Source: Polyangiaceae bacterium (lineage in GTDB: Bacteria; Myxococcota_A; Polyangia; Polyangiales; Polyangiaceae). Taken from it: 64,000 nucleotides of DNA. Made by a program: the position numbers and the translations under genes. The DNA is taken from the NCBI GenBank assembly GCA_965222375.1, contig CBDCTZ010000015.1, positions 800,001 through 864,000 of the forward strand, read 5' to 3'. Positions within the stretch are counted from its first letter, which is position 1; the number at the start of each line of letters is the position of its first letter. The notes under the pieces are model-generated. The model made no database searches. It had not been told where the DNA came from and saw only the letters and a list, made by a program, of their open reading frames with translations. Shown here one piece after another: positions 46,475 through 55,860 of this stretch.

Positions 46475-48439
46475 ATGCGGATAGTCAGAAGTGCGAAGCT
46501 GTTACCAATCCTGATCCCATTTCTCGTGACTGCCAACGCGCTTGCAGGCGATGGCAGTCGCACCTACTGGGTCAGCCCCGGCGGGGGCGCCCCTTGGTCT
46601 GCCTGTGAAAGCGCCACACCGTTGGACGGTTCCGCTGGCTGCACGCTGGCGACGGCGAATGCGAACGCGTCGGCGGGGGATTTGGTCTACTTGCGCGAGG
46701 GCACATATGCCACAACGATACAGCCCGCCAATTCTGGGACCGGCGTCAACGATAGAATCATCTACCGAGCGTACACCGGTGAGCATCCGGTGATTGACAA
46801 GGCCTCCGGCACCTACGGCATTCTACTGGACGGCAAGGACTACATCGTGGTCGAGGGGCTCGAGGTGAGGCACGCCGATCACCTCGTCATGATCTCGAAT
46901 GGTTCGGATTTCAACGAAATTGCCCATTGCTTGATCCATGATTCTACGGGCAGCGCCAACGGCGGCCTGAACATCACGACGCTGTGGTTTGGGACACCGA
47001 ATACGCACAACTGGGTACACGACAACGTCATCTACAACGCCGGCGTTGTTAATCCCAATACCTGCCAAGACGAATCCAACCTCATGAAGATAGGGGCCCC
47101 CGGACAAGACAAGGACAGCAGTCACAATACCATCGAGAACAATGTCTTGTATTGGGGAGGACATCATGTGTTGGAGGTCAACACGATCTACAACGTGGTC
47201 AGGAACAACGTGTTCCACAACGAGGGATTCATGGCTCCCGAACCAGGGTGTGCTCCCTGCGCGGACAGCAACAACAAGTACGGGAACAGAAACATCCTCT
47301 TCTACGATGGGACAAAAAGGAAATCGACGTTCACGCTCATCGAGCGGAACCGCATTGGTCACGCCGGGCTCGCACCGGACGGCAATGGCGCTGACAACCT
47401 GACGCTTGGAGGCAACCGGCACATCGCGAGATACAACTCCATTTTCAATTCCATGGAGATGGGGCTGTATCTCAGGACTTCTGGGACCGACTCGGATGGC
47501 AATCGAGTCTACAACAACACGATATACAAGTCGGGACAGGGCCCTTCGTGCAGGTACGACAAGTACCCTGGATTCAGCAGAGTAGGCGTGAGGATACAGA
47601 AGGGCGCAGACAACAATGTCGTCAAGAACAACATCCTCTACGCGAACGAGACGCTGGACTTGAAGGACGCCGGGGCCGGAAACTCCACGACCCACAATTG
47701 GTTGACGGGAGACGGTGATCCCTTGTTCACAGATCCGGATCTCACAGACGCCCAAAGCCTGACTCTCCCTGATCTATCGCTCCGGTCCGGCTCGGGCGCC
47801 ATCGACGCGGGAACACATCTGACTCTAGCCAAAGGCTCCGCCAACAACTCGACAACCTTGGTCGTGGACGACGCGCTGTACTTCCAGGACGGAACGTGGG
47901 GCTCACAGCTCTCGAACGTGCGACCAGATTGGATCGCGATTGGCGTCACCAGCAACACCGCCGAAATTAGCTCCATTGACTACGCAACCAACACCATCAC
48001 GCTGAAATCCGCGAGGACCTGGACGGACAAGGCAAAGATCTGGCTATACCGAGACTCCAGAGGCGAAACCGTTCTCGTGGGAACAGCGCCAGATATGGGT
48101 TCACACGAGTTTGGGGCGAATAGCGGTGGCAGTAGTGGCTCCGGTGGCGGGTCCGCTGGCCAAGGCGGAGCGGGCAATGGCGGCCAGGGTGGTGTCGGTA
48201 ACCAGGCGGGTAAGGGCGGCGTCAACGGCACAGGGAACGAAGGAGGTGTTGGTGGCATGGCCGGCGCTACGCCGTCCGCAGGTGAAGAGGATTCCAGCTG
48301 CGGCTGCCGCGCGGCTGGCAGCCACCACCCTGCTCTGCCGGCGGGCATCCTCGTCGGATTCGGCGCGCTGGTGGCGACTTGGCGACGACGGAAGTCCGCA
48401 GGGAGCCGCTGCTGCGCCCGCAGCTCGCCAAAGGGTTGA
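46475..48439 (+). CDS. Secreted right-handed beta-helix protein with MYXO-CTERM-like tail
   Basis: Signal peptide ending ANALA; AGDLVYLREGTY; many NNVIY/NNVF/NNTIY turns; SGAIDAG...APDMGSHEF; SSCGCRAAG...WRRRK. Confidence 0.85.
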   Translation: MRIVRSAKLLPILIPFLVTANALAGDGSRTYWVSPGGGAPWSACESATPLDGSAGCTLATANANASAGDLVYLREGTYATTIQPANSGTGVNDRIIYRAYTGEHPVIDKASGTYGILLDGKDYIVVEGLEVRHADHLVMISNGSDFNEIAHCLIHDSTGSANGGLNITTLWFGTPNTHNWVHDNVIYNAGVVNPNTCQDESNLMKIGAPGQDKDSSHNTIENNVLYWGGHHVLEVNTIYNVVRNNVFHNEGFMAPEPGCAPCADSNNKYGNRNILFYDGTKRKSTFTLIERNRIGHAGLAPDGNGADNLTLGGNRHIARYNSIFNSMEMGLYLRTSGTDSDGNRVYNNTIYKSGQGPSCRYDKYPGFSRVGVRIQKGADNNVVKNNILYANETLDLKDAGAGNSTTHNWLTGDGDPLFTDPDLTDAQSLTLPDLSLRSGSGAIDAGTHLTLAKGSANNSTTLVVDDALYFQDGTWGSQLSNVRPDWIAIGVTSNTAEISSIDYATNTITLKSARTWTDKAKIWLYRDSRGETVLVGTAPDMGSHEFGANSGGSSGSGGGSAGQGGAGNGGQGGVGNQAGKGGVNGTGNEGGVGGMAGATPSAGEEDSSCGCRAAGSHHPALPAGILVGFGALVATWRRRKSAGSRCCARSSPKG

Positions 48440-48963
48440 TCTGCTCTGTCGCCCGCTCCGCCCAAACGCGGTATGTGCCCATGCTCTCGCCTGCATGGTC
48501 ACGGTCGGGATACTCCCGTCGCATCCATGTCACCGGGCCGGAAGCGTGGCTACGGGCGAGGAACCCGCTCTCGGGCTCGATTGGCCGAGGCTGAATTGGA
48601 TCAGAACTGATTCGTTGGTGGGTTTGGGTCGCTTCGCTGGTGCGACCTGAGCCGCTACTCCCGCAACGAGCGAATCGATTTCAGCTCGGGCGCTGGCGTC
48701 GCACTCGAACCGATACTCCACGTCCATGGAACTAAGCTGACCACGGCAAATCATGCCACAAGTCGCCCCTTCGCCAAAGCGTGGCCGAGGTCGGGAGTAG
48801 TTGACCTCCTCCTCATCCAGGCTTTGCCTGGCGCACCGACCCCAAAACCAGAAAGGGATCTTTCGCCCAAGATTTGGTTCTATCCTCCCAGGGCGGTTGA
48901 CTAGCCGCGGGCCACGATAGCACGTCAATGGCGAACGGGCCGACGCTGGCTATAGTGATCGCG

Positions 48964-49977
48964 ATGCGTTCTCTTCTCAGAACCGTGGGGCTCGCCGCGG
49001 TCGCGTTGGCCCTTTCGTTTCCCGCGGCGGCGCAGCTGGACTCGAAGTCGAGCGACCCGCTCTCAAAACCCTTTGGCGAAGCCCCGAAGCTGCCCAAATC
49101 AGCGTTCGGCGCCCTCGTCATAGAGGCCGAGCCCAACAAGATACTGAAACGCAACCTCGAAGCGGCCGCGGTTATCTATGCGGCAGCAGCTCTCGAAGAG
49201 ATGCAGCTATTTGCGGTAGCTGACCGAGTTGCCGCTCAGTTCGCTTCCGGCATGCTACCGGTCAGTACGGGCGCTGGGGACGCCTTGTACCGCTACACCC
49301 GCACGCGCTCACAGCGCCTCAGCGAACAGGAGCGGCGGCGTATGTACGGACACGTTTTCGGCGGCGGCAGGTCGACAGGTGGCGTGGCGCCGAATCGGGA
49401 GTTTACGACGCTGTTCATGCGCTTCCTGACCGCGGTGTCCAAATACGAACGCGGCAAGACGATTGGCAAGAAGATGTCCGCGAGTGCGAGCCGAGTCCAC
49501 AAGGCCGGGCGCGATCTGGCAACCAACCTGAGCAACCGAAGCTACGGAGCACCTGTCTTCGCCGCCGCCTCGCTGGCACGGCAGCAACGAGACATCGAGA
49601 AGATGCTCTCGCACCCCGAGGTACTGAAGGCCTACCAGGTGGGCAGTGTTTGGAAGCTCGTGGAGCAAGTCGCCAAGCGGGACCTCGGCAAGAGTGCCAA
49701 CACGGCGCACCATCGCACCCGGGCACAATCTGGCGCCGCTATCATCAAGTGGCTCGGAAGCGTTGCTGCGCCCTTGGCGTCGAGCGGCGGTGCTGCGCAG
49801 GTCGCCCGGTCTCTCAGCCGCGCGCGGGTTCCTGCGAAAGTGAGACGCCTCAACCGCGTGCTGTCACCCAAGCACAAGCTTGTCACGACGCAACCAAGCT
49901 CCAGCAGTCTGAAAGTCCGCGCGCTCTGCTTCGACAAGAAGCGCCGCTTGGTAGCCTGCAGAGTCAAGCTCAAGTAG
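48964..49977 (+). CDS. Secreted alpha-helical protein of unknown function
   Basis: Signal peptide ending PAAA-Q; TATAGT 7 nt before the ATG; long helical-looking body. Confidence 0.75.
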   Translation: MRSLLRTVGLAAVALALSFPAAAQLDSKSSDPLSKPFGEAPKLPKSAFGALVIEAEPNKILKRNLEAAAVIYAAAALEEMQLFAVADRVAAQFASGMLPVSTGAGDALYRYTRTRSQRLSEQERRRMYGHVFGGGRSTGGVAPNREFTTLFMRFLTAVSKYERGKTIGKKMSASASRVHKAGRDLATNLSNRSYGAPVFAAASLARQQRDIEKMLSHPEVLKAYQVGSVWKLVEQVAKRDLGKSANTAHHRTRAQSGAAIIKWLGSVAAPLASSGGAAQVARSLSRARVPAKVRRLNRVLSPKHKLVTTQPSSSSLKVRALCFDKKRRLVACRVKLK

Positions 49978-50040
49978 CGGCGCCGCAGTCCCGGAGCGGG
50001 CGAGAGCTTTCACAGAGGCGGCTGGGAGCCCTGCGGCTGG

Positions 50041-53000
50041 ATGCACACACCCTGGCCCCGCAACGTGTCTCAAGGGACACACCTCGGGCAGTTTCGACGC
50101 AGGTTCGCCACGGAACGGCAGTTGCAGTCGCGCGGACTCGTGAGCGGCAAACAGGGAGATGTTCCATCGGGGCTCCACAGCGGTACCAATCGGCCTCCGA
50201 ACGGTGGGGGGGCCGGCCTGGCCTGGGCGTGGGGCGCGATAGTCCTGGCAGTGTCACTGCTGGTCGTGACCCGGGGTTCCTGCCAAAAGCCCATTGCCCT
50301 GGGCGTTCTGCCGGAGTTGTTGGACAACGCCGGGCGGTTCCCGAGGGATCGCGGATTGCTCCCGCCTTCGGCGCCCCTGGCGCCACTGCTAGCCGCCGAC
50401 GAGCCTGAGCGCTTCGCAATTGTGGAACCGGCGGAAGGTGCGGTCAATCTCCGACGTCTGGCATCCCTTGTGGTTCGATTCAATCGCCCGGTGGTTGAAG
50501 GCGCAAGCGTTGGCCAGGATCTGGAACACTCTCCACTGAGTCTTCAACCGAAGGTGGACGGCGTGACCCAATGGGTCACACGGAGCTCAGTTTCGTTTCG
50601 ACCCGCAGCAAACGCGTGGCGACGCACCCAGTCCGTCAAGATGACTATGGCGCCAAGCCTCCGCTCCTTGGCGGGAGAGCGATTGGAGGAGCTCGAGCCG
50701 GTCACCGTGGTATTCGACGCGAGCCCCACCTTCGAGCGAACCGAGGTGCCGTCGCGGCTCCCTCCAGGGAAACCGATACCGTTGCTGTTTCACGGCAATC
50801 CGGGGCCGGAACTCGCTCGTAGCATACTGGCCTACGAGGTCGGGGGTGGACAGCGCTCCCTTGGTTTCACCTTGACCCCAGGACGGCGAGACGACGAGGG
50901 ACGCAGAGAGATGGCGCTTCACTTGGGCCAGCGCCTGGAGCCCGGCGCGAATATCGCCCTCGCACTAGCACCGGCACTCGTTGGCGGGGGTAGCGACCCG
51001 TGGGTGGTCAATATCGAACTGACGCCCCAGCCGAGAATCGAGGGTATCGATTGCTCACGTGCGGCCAAAGACGCCAGCGCTTGTCGCTACCGGCGTGCAC
51101 CAGGACGCATCGTCGACATTGATGACGCGCTGGTACTGCTTTCCAATGCGGACCTCGAGGCTCCCGAGGAGAGTGCTGTTCAGCTCAAGCCGGAACTCCC
51201 GGAACTGTCGATATCCTTGGAAGAAGATCGCCGAATTGTGGTTCGGGGCGAGTGGGAACCCGACCAGGTATACGAAGTACGCTTTTCCGCGTTGCAGGCT
51301 GCCGACGGGCGGCGGTTCAAGCAACCTCGCCCTTTGGCCGTGCGGAGTCGGACGAGACACGCGAGCGTGCGCTTGGCGGAGGGACGCTGGACCATCGAGT
51401 CCGACGACAAACCCGCCCTCGACTTCGCGGCCATATTCCCGGAGAAGGGCAAGATTCGACATGCCGCGTTGCTTCCGGGTTTCGAAGCCACCGCATTGGA
51501 CCAACTCGGGGATTGGTTTTCCGACGCGAACAAGAACCTCTGGAGAGAGCAGCCGCTTGCGCCATTCGTACCTACCGCCCGGGCCAACCGCTGGGGCAGA
51601 GGGCAATTCGCACCGCCAGAACATCAGGCAGGCAATGCCCGGGCGGCGCTCGTTTCCTTCGTGCCGGACACCGCCCAGTCCAAAGCAAAGCGCACCAAGA
51701 CCGCCTACTACCAATGGACTGATCTGGGAATACACGCCCGCGCCCTGTCGACGGGAGTGCTCAGCTGGGTAACGTCCATCTCCAAAGCGCACCCAATTTC
51801 CGGAGCGGTAGTCACGGCAGCAACGTCGGAGGGGGAGGCGCTGACACGAGTGGCCACGAACCGCGACGGTTTGGCGTGGTTGCCACTTCCGGCCGACCAA
51901 TTCACGAAAAACACGATCGTCCAGGCACTCCACGGCGCCGACCATGCGGCGCTCTTGCTCGACCCACGCAAGGCACTGTCCGCCAATACCTTCGACCTCA
52001 CAGCGGAAGATGCCGGGCACACGGGAACCATTGCCGCAAGTGTGATCGCAGATCGCGGCGCCGTGCGCCGGGGGGAGCGCGTCTACCTCAAGGCCGTCGC
52101 TCGTCGACTCGAAGATGCGACGCTGACCGCGCTGGCCAACACCAAACTGCGCATCGAGGTGGAAGCCCCGGACACCGCCGCACCCGTGCTGCGGCGGGAA
52201 GTGCAAACCGGAGCCTTTGGGACGGCTAGCTTGGATCTGTCCCTCGATGAATCGCAGCCCTTGGGGCGATATCTGGCAAAGGTCTTCACGGCAGGGTCCG
52301 AAGAGGCGATCGGTCAAACCGAGTTCATCCTCGGTGACTTTCGCCAGCCGACGCTTCGAGTGGACCTGACGAGCGATGCTTCACACCCCCTCGACGGCGA
52401 CGAGATGACTGCCCAGGTGGCCGCGGAATACCTATTCGGCGCCCCAGCTGCGAATCTCCAGGCCAACTGGTCCCTAGTACGACGCCCCCACGGGCGATAT
52501 CCCACACGCTGGGGAGAGTTCACCTTCGAGCCCGAGAACGCCCATACGTTGTCGGGCACGGTCGACGCAGGCCACGTGACTCTCGATGCGAAAGGCAGAG
52601 CAAGCATCGCGAGCCGCTTTGCATTGAGCGCACCGATTCGCGAGGAGGCAACCCTCGAGCTCAGCGTCGTTGATTCATCCGGCGAAACGATGAGCGCACG
52701 GCACGAGTTTGAACTGCGTCCGGCCCGTTTCGAAGTCGGCCTGAAGCGCATTCCACGATGGCTCGAACATGCTTCGACCATCAATGTTGATGCCATCCTG
52801 ATTCAGCAGAGTGGCGCTCCCGTCAGCGGCCGGAACCTGGAGGTGCGCATCATCCGCGAAGGCTGGGATCGCTACTGGGAGTGGGCGAAGGCGACCGGCC
52901 GAGACGTGGACCCGGACGGCACCTATCAGCTTCGCCAAACCCAGCGACAAGATGTCGTCCATCGATGCGCTCTCGAAACCGGCGACGCCCCGGTGCGATG

Positions 53001-55860
53001 CAGCTTCACACCAGAGCGCCCCGGCAACTATGTTCTCGAAGTCAGCAGTCGAGACGACGAGAAGCGTCTCAGCCTCGCGTCGCAAAGGGTGTACGTCGCT
53101 GGCCCAGATGAGCACCCGGATCGGGACCCACCCGGAACGGTGATCCAGCTCACGCCCAAGGCAGACGCGTGGCAAGTCGGTGAGACCGCGGAGATCGCCT
53201 ACGAGTCGCCCTTTCCTGTTGCAGAAGCGCTGGTCACCGTGGAACGCGACAAGGTGCTGCTGAACCAGCGAAAGCGCGTCCGCGCCGGCGGGCAGGTGAT
53301 TCGTTTCCCAATCACCGCCAAGATGGTGCCAAATGCCTACGTGTCGCTCACCCTGGTGCGGCCGCGAACGGGTCCCCCCAGAGACAAGATCGATCTCGAC
53401 GCACCGGATCTTCGTCTGGGCATGCTCAACTTACCGGTGAGACCACAGGCCAGCGAACTCGCGGTAACACTGACGCTGCCAAAGGGCCAGGTGCGCACAG
53501 GAGCGAAAGTCCCCATCGGCGTTCGCGTTCTCGACGGCACCGGCAAGCCCAGCCCCGCTGAAGTGCTCCTCTATGCCGTGGACGAAGGCACACTACGGCT
53601 GACGTCGTACACGACGCCCAACCCCATCGACGGGCTATACCCACATCGAGGCGCCACCTTTCGCTGGGACTCGCTGTATCGCTCGTTGAGAAGCCGAGTT
53701 CCGGAACCTCTGCCGCCGCACGTTGGCGGAGGCAGCGTCGGAATGGCGCCGCCACAAAAGAAGGACACCCGTGACGGATTTCAGCCGACACCCCTGTGGG
53801 CTCCGCGCTTGACGACGGACGCTTCCGGCAGAGCCAAGGCAACCCTCGAGCTGCCCCAGCGCCCTACGCAATATCGAGTCATGGCGGTGGCGGTGGACGC
53901 CAGAAGCGGAGTCGGACTGACGCAAGGGCAGATCATCGCGGCTCAGCCTGTCGTACTGCGGCCGGTCTTGCCTTCGCTGGTGACGGTCGGCGACCGATTC
54001 CAGGCGGCAGCCTATGTTCACAATACTTCCGACAAGGCTATCTCGTTGAAGGTCAAGACCTTCGTGGCTGACAAGGAGAAACAAGCGCATTCCCTGCGAA
54101 TAGAAAAGGGAGGCAAGCAACGTGTCTCGGTCGAGCTGACGGCAGCCGATCGAGATGAACTACCTGTACGATTCGAAGCACACACGAATCACGGCAGCCA
54201 CGACGTCACCGCGCGCATCTCCGTGCGCCCGCGCGTGCGCTGGGAGCGCGCGATCTCCATTGGTGGCGTCGACCAGTCGAGAGACATCGAGCTCGAGCTT
54301 CCACCTGCTGTGCCACGACACAGTGAGGTCCATCTGACCGTCGCCCGTCATCCCTTCGTCGGTTTCGAGATGTCGATCGAGACATTGGTTCGCGCCCCTT
54401 ATACGGGAGTGCGCCCGCTAGCCAGCGCGATCGTGGGACTGGCCGCGTACGCCCGACTGCATACCAATGGGAGGTCCACGAGCACGCCGCAGGAAGAACT
54501 AGCGGCGCGAGCCAGGAAGAAGCTCGACGGCCTGCTCGCCCTTCAACGCGCGGACGGTGGTTTTTTCGACTATCCCGGCAGCTACGACGTCGCGGCGGGC
54601 TCGGAAACTGCAATTGCGCTGCATGCGCTGAGCGCGGCTCGAAGCTCCGGGTGGAGCGTCCCGGACTCGGCGATAGAGGGAGCACAGGAAGCGCTCAAAC
54701 AATCCATCAGGAACGGAGAGTTCGACGCCGAAGGGCATGGTGGAACCGAGCGGCTCAGTTTCGCGTTGAGGGTGTTGAGCGACGGTCAAGTGCGCGAGCT
54801 ATCGGCACTGGCAAAGCTCTACGATCAACGAGAGCGGCTCTCCCCCTATGCCCTCGCCCAGCTGGCCATGGCCATGGGCGCCGCAGACCATCGCGGTGAT
54901 AGTCTGCTCGACGATGCCACTCGGCGGTTGTTGGCCACTGCGCCCGACGCTTGGGATCTCAGTTGGGCAGAGCCTCGGGTTCGGGCTCTGGCGGCAACGT
55001 TGGAAGCCGGCGCTCGCGCGAAGAGGCCGCCGAAAGGTTACCTGAAGATTGTGGGGCACTTGTTGGCAGCCCGAAGCAAGCACGGATTGCTGACGTGGTG
55101 GTCTGCGGACGAAGTCAGTGTCGTACTCGCGGGGTTGGCAGCCTACGCCGAAGGGTTCAAGCGTGCAGGCCCCGTCGACGTCGATGTCACCCTGGACGGC
55201 CAGCGGCTCGAAGCGAAAAGCGCAAGCGACCAGGCCGTACGATACGCAATCCCATCGACCGCGCTCGAAGGTGCGGCCGCCAAGCTCCGCATCGCCAGTC
55301 AGCGCCCAGCCTTCTACGCCCTCGAGGCGCGATTGGCACTGCCCCTTTCGCCCGCGGACCAAGTAGCTCGGGGCCGGCGAGTGGCGTTGCACCGAACCCT
55401 CGAGACGGCTTCGGGCAAACGTCTGGCAGACGGCGCGCAGGTCCGTCTCGGAGAGATGGTGCGAGTGCGGCTGTTCGTATACACCGAAGAAGCCAGCCCA
55501 CCGGATGTCATCCTGCGCGATCCCTTGAGCGGTGGCTTCGAGCAAATTGACAACGACCTAGATTCAACTCCGAGAAACTCCCTGAGGACACTCCTCGGCA
55601 TGGGGCCGGACGACGAGGCCTTCGACGCGAGAGGCTTTCATGCGCTCCGCTCCCTCGATCAACTACGCCACCGTGCCTTTGAAGCAGGGGAGTCCATCTT
55701 CTACGTGGCCCCCCTACAGAATCAGCTGCAAGAGGTGACCTACGGATTGCGAGCTACGGTCGCGGGCTCATTCGTCGTCCCACCCGCGCAAATAGAAGCG
55801 CTCTTCGCTCCCGACTTCGTGGCTCGGTCGTCGCTAGCGCGATTGGTCGTCGTACCATGA
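50041..55860 (+). CDS. Bacterial alpha-2-macroglobulin family protein (thioester motif absent)
   Basis: VVRFNRPVV, TDLGIH, DRGAVRRGERVYLK, GDFRQP, MVPNAYVS, LYAVDEGTLRLT, YRVMAVA, LQRADGGF, PPAQIEALFAP. Exact start uncertain. Confidence 0.9.
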   Translation: MHTPWPRNVSQGTHLGQFRRRFATERQLQSRGLVSGKQGDVPSGLHSGTNRPPNGGGAGLAWAWGAIVLAVSLLVVTRGSCQKPIALGVLPELLDNAGRFPRDRGLLPPSAPLAPLLAADEPERFAIVEPAEGAVNLRRLASLVVRFNRPVVEGASVGQDLEHSPLSLQPKVDGVTQWVTRSSVSFRPAANAWRRTQSVKMTMAPSLRSLAGERLEELEPVTVVFDASPTFERTEVPSRLPPGKPIPLLFHGNPGPELARSILAYEVGGGQRSLGFTLTPGRRDDEGRREMALHLGQRLEPGANIALALAPALVGGGSDPWVVNIELTPQPRIEGIDCSRAAKDASACRYRRAPGRIVDIDDALVLLSNADLEAPEESAVQLKPELPELSISLEEDRRIVVRGEWEPDQVYEVRFSALQAADGRRFKQPRPLAVRSRTRHASVRLAEGRWTIESDDKPALDFAAIFPEKGKIRHAALLPGFEATALDQLGDWFSDANKNLWREQPLAPFVPTARANRWGRGQFAPPEHQAGNARAALVSFVPDTAQSKAKRTKTAYYQWTDLGIHARALSTGVLSWVTSISKAHPISGAVVTAATSEGEALTRVATNRDGLAWLPLPADQFTKNTIVQALHGADHAALLLDPRKALSANTFDLTAEDAGHTGTIAASVIADRGAVRRGERVYLKAVARRLEDATLTALANTKLRIEVEAPDTAAPVLRREVQTGAFGTASLDLSLDESQPLGRYLAKVFTAGSEEAIGQTEFILGDFRQPTLRVDLTSDASHPLDGDEMTAQVAAEYLFGAPAANLQANWSLVRRPHGRYPTRWGEFTFEPENAHTLSGTVDAGHVTLDAKGRASIASRFALSAPIREEATLELSVVDSSGETMSARHEFELRPARFEVGLKRIPRWLEHASTINVDAILIQQSGAPVSGRNLEVRIIREGWDRYWEWAKATGRDVDPDGTYQLRQTQRQDVVHRCALETGDAPVRCSFTPERPGNYVLEVSSRDDEKRLSLASQRVYVAGPDEHPDRDPPGTVIQLTPKADAWQVGETAEIAYESPFPVAEALVTVERDKVLLNQRKRVRAGGQVIRFPITAKMVPNAYVSLTLVRPRTGPPRDKIDLDAPDLRLGMLNLPVRPQASELAVTLTLPKGQVRTGAKVPIGVRVLDGTGKPSPAEVLLYAVDEGTLRLTSYTTPNPIDGLYPHRGATFRWDSLYRSLRSRVPEPLPPHVGGGSVGMAPPQKKDTRDGFQPTPLWAPRLTTDASGRAKATLELPQRPTQYRVMAVAVDARSGVGLTQGQIIAAQPVVLRPVLPSLVTVGDRFQAAAYVHNTSDKAISLKVKTFVADKEKQAHSLRIEKGGKQRVSVELTAADRDELPVRFEAHTNHGSHDVTARISVRPRVRWERAISIGGVDQSRDIELELPPAVPRHSEVHLTVARHPFVGFEMSIETLVRAPYTGVRPLASAIVGLAAYARLHTNGRSTSTPQEELAARARKKLDGLLALQRADGGFFDYPGSYDVAAGSETAIALHALSAARSSGWSVPDSAIEGAQEALKQSIRNGEFDAEGHGGTERLSFALRVLSDGQVRELSALAKLYDQRERLSPYALAQLAMAMGAADHRGDSLLDDATRRLLATAPDAWDLSWAEPRVRALAATLEAGARAKRPPKGYLKIVGHLLAARSKHGLLTWWSADEVSVVLAGLAAYAEGFKRAGPVDVDVTLDGQRLEAKSASDQAVRYAIPSTALEGAAAKLRIASQRPAFYALEARLALPLSPADQVARGRRVALHRTLETASGKRLADGAQVRLGEMVRVRLFVYTEEASPPDVILRDPLSGGFEQIDNDLDSTPRNSLRTLLGMGPDDEAFDARGFHALRSLDQLRHRAFEAGESIFYVAPLQNQLQEVTYGLRATVAGSFVVPPAQIEALFAPDFVARSSLARLVVVP

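Noticed and set aside
48440..48930. Minus-strand ORF 48530-48928
   Set aside because: No homology cues or translation signals; cannot be supported.
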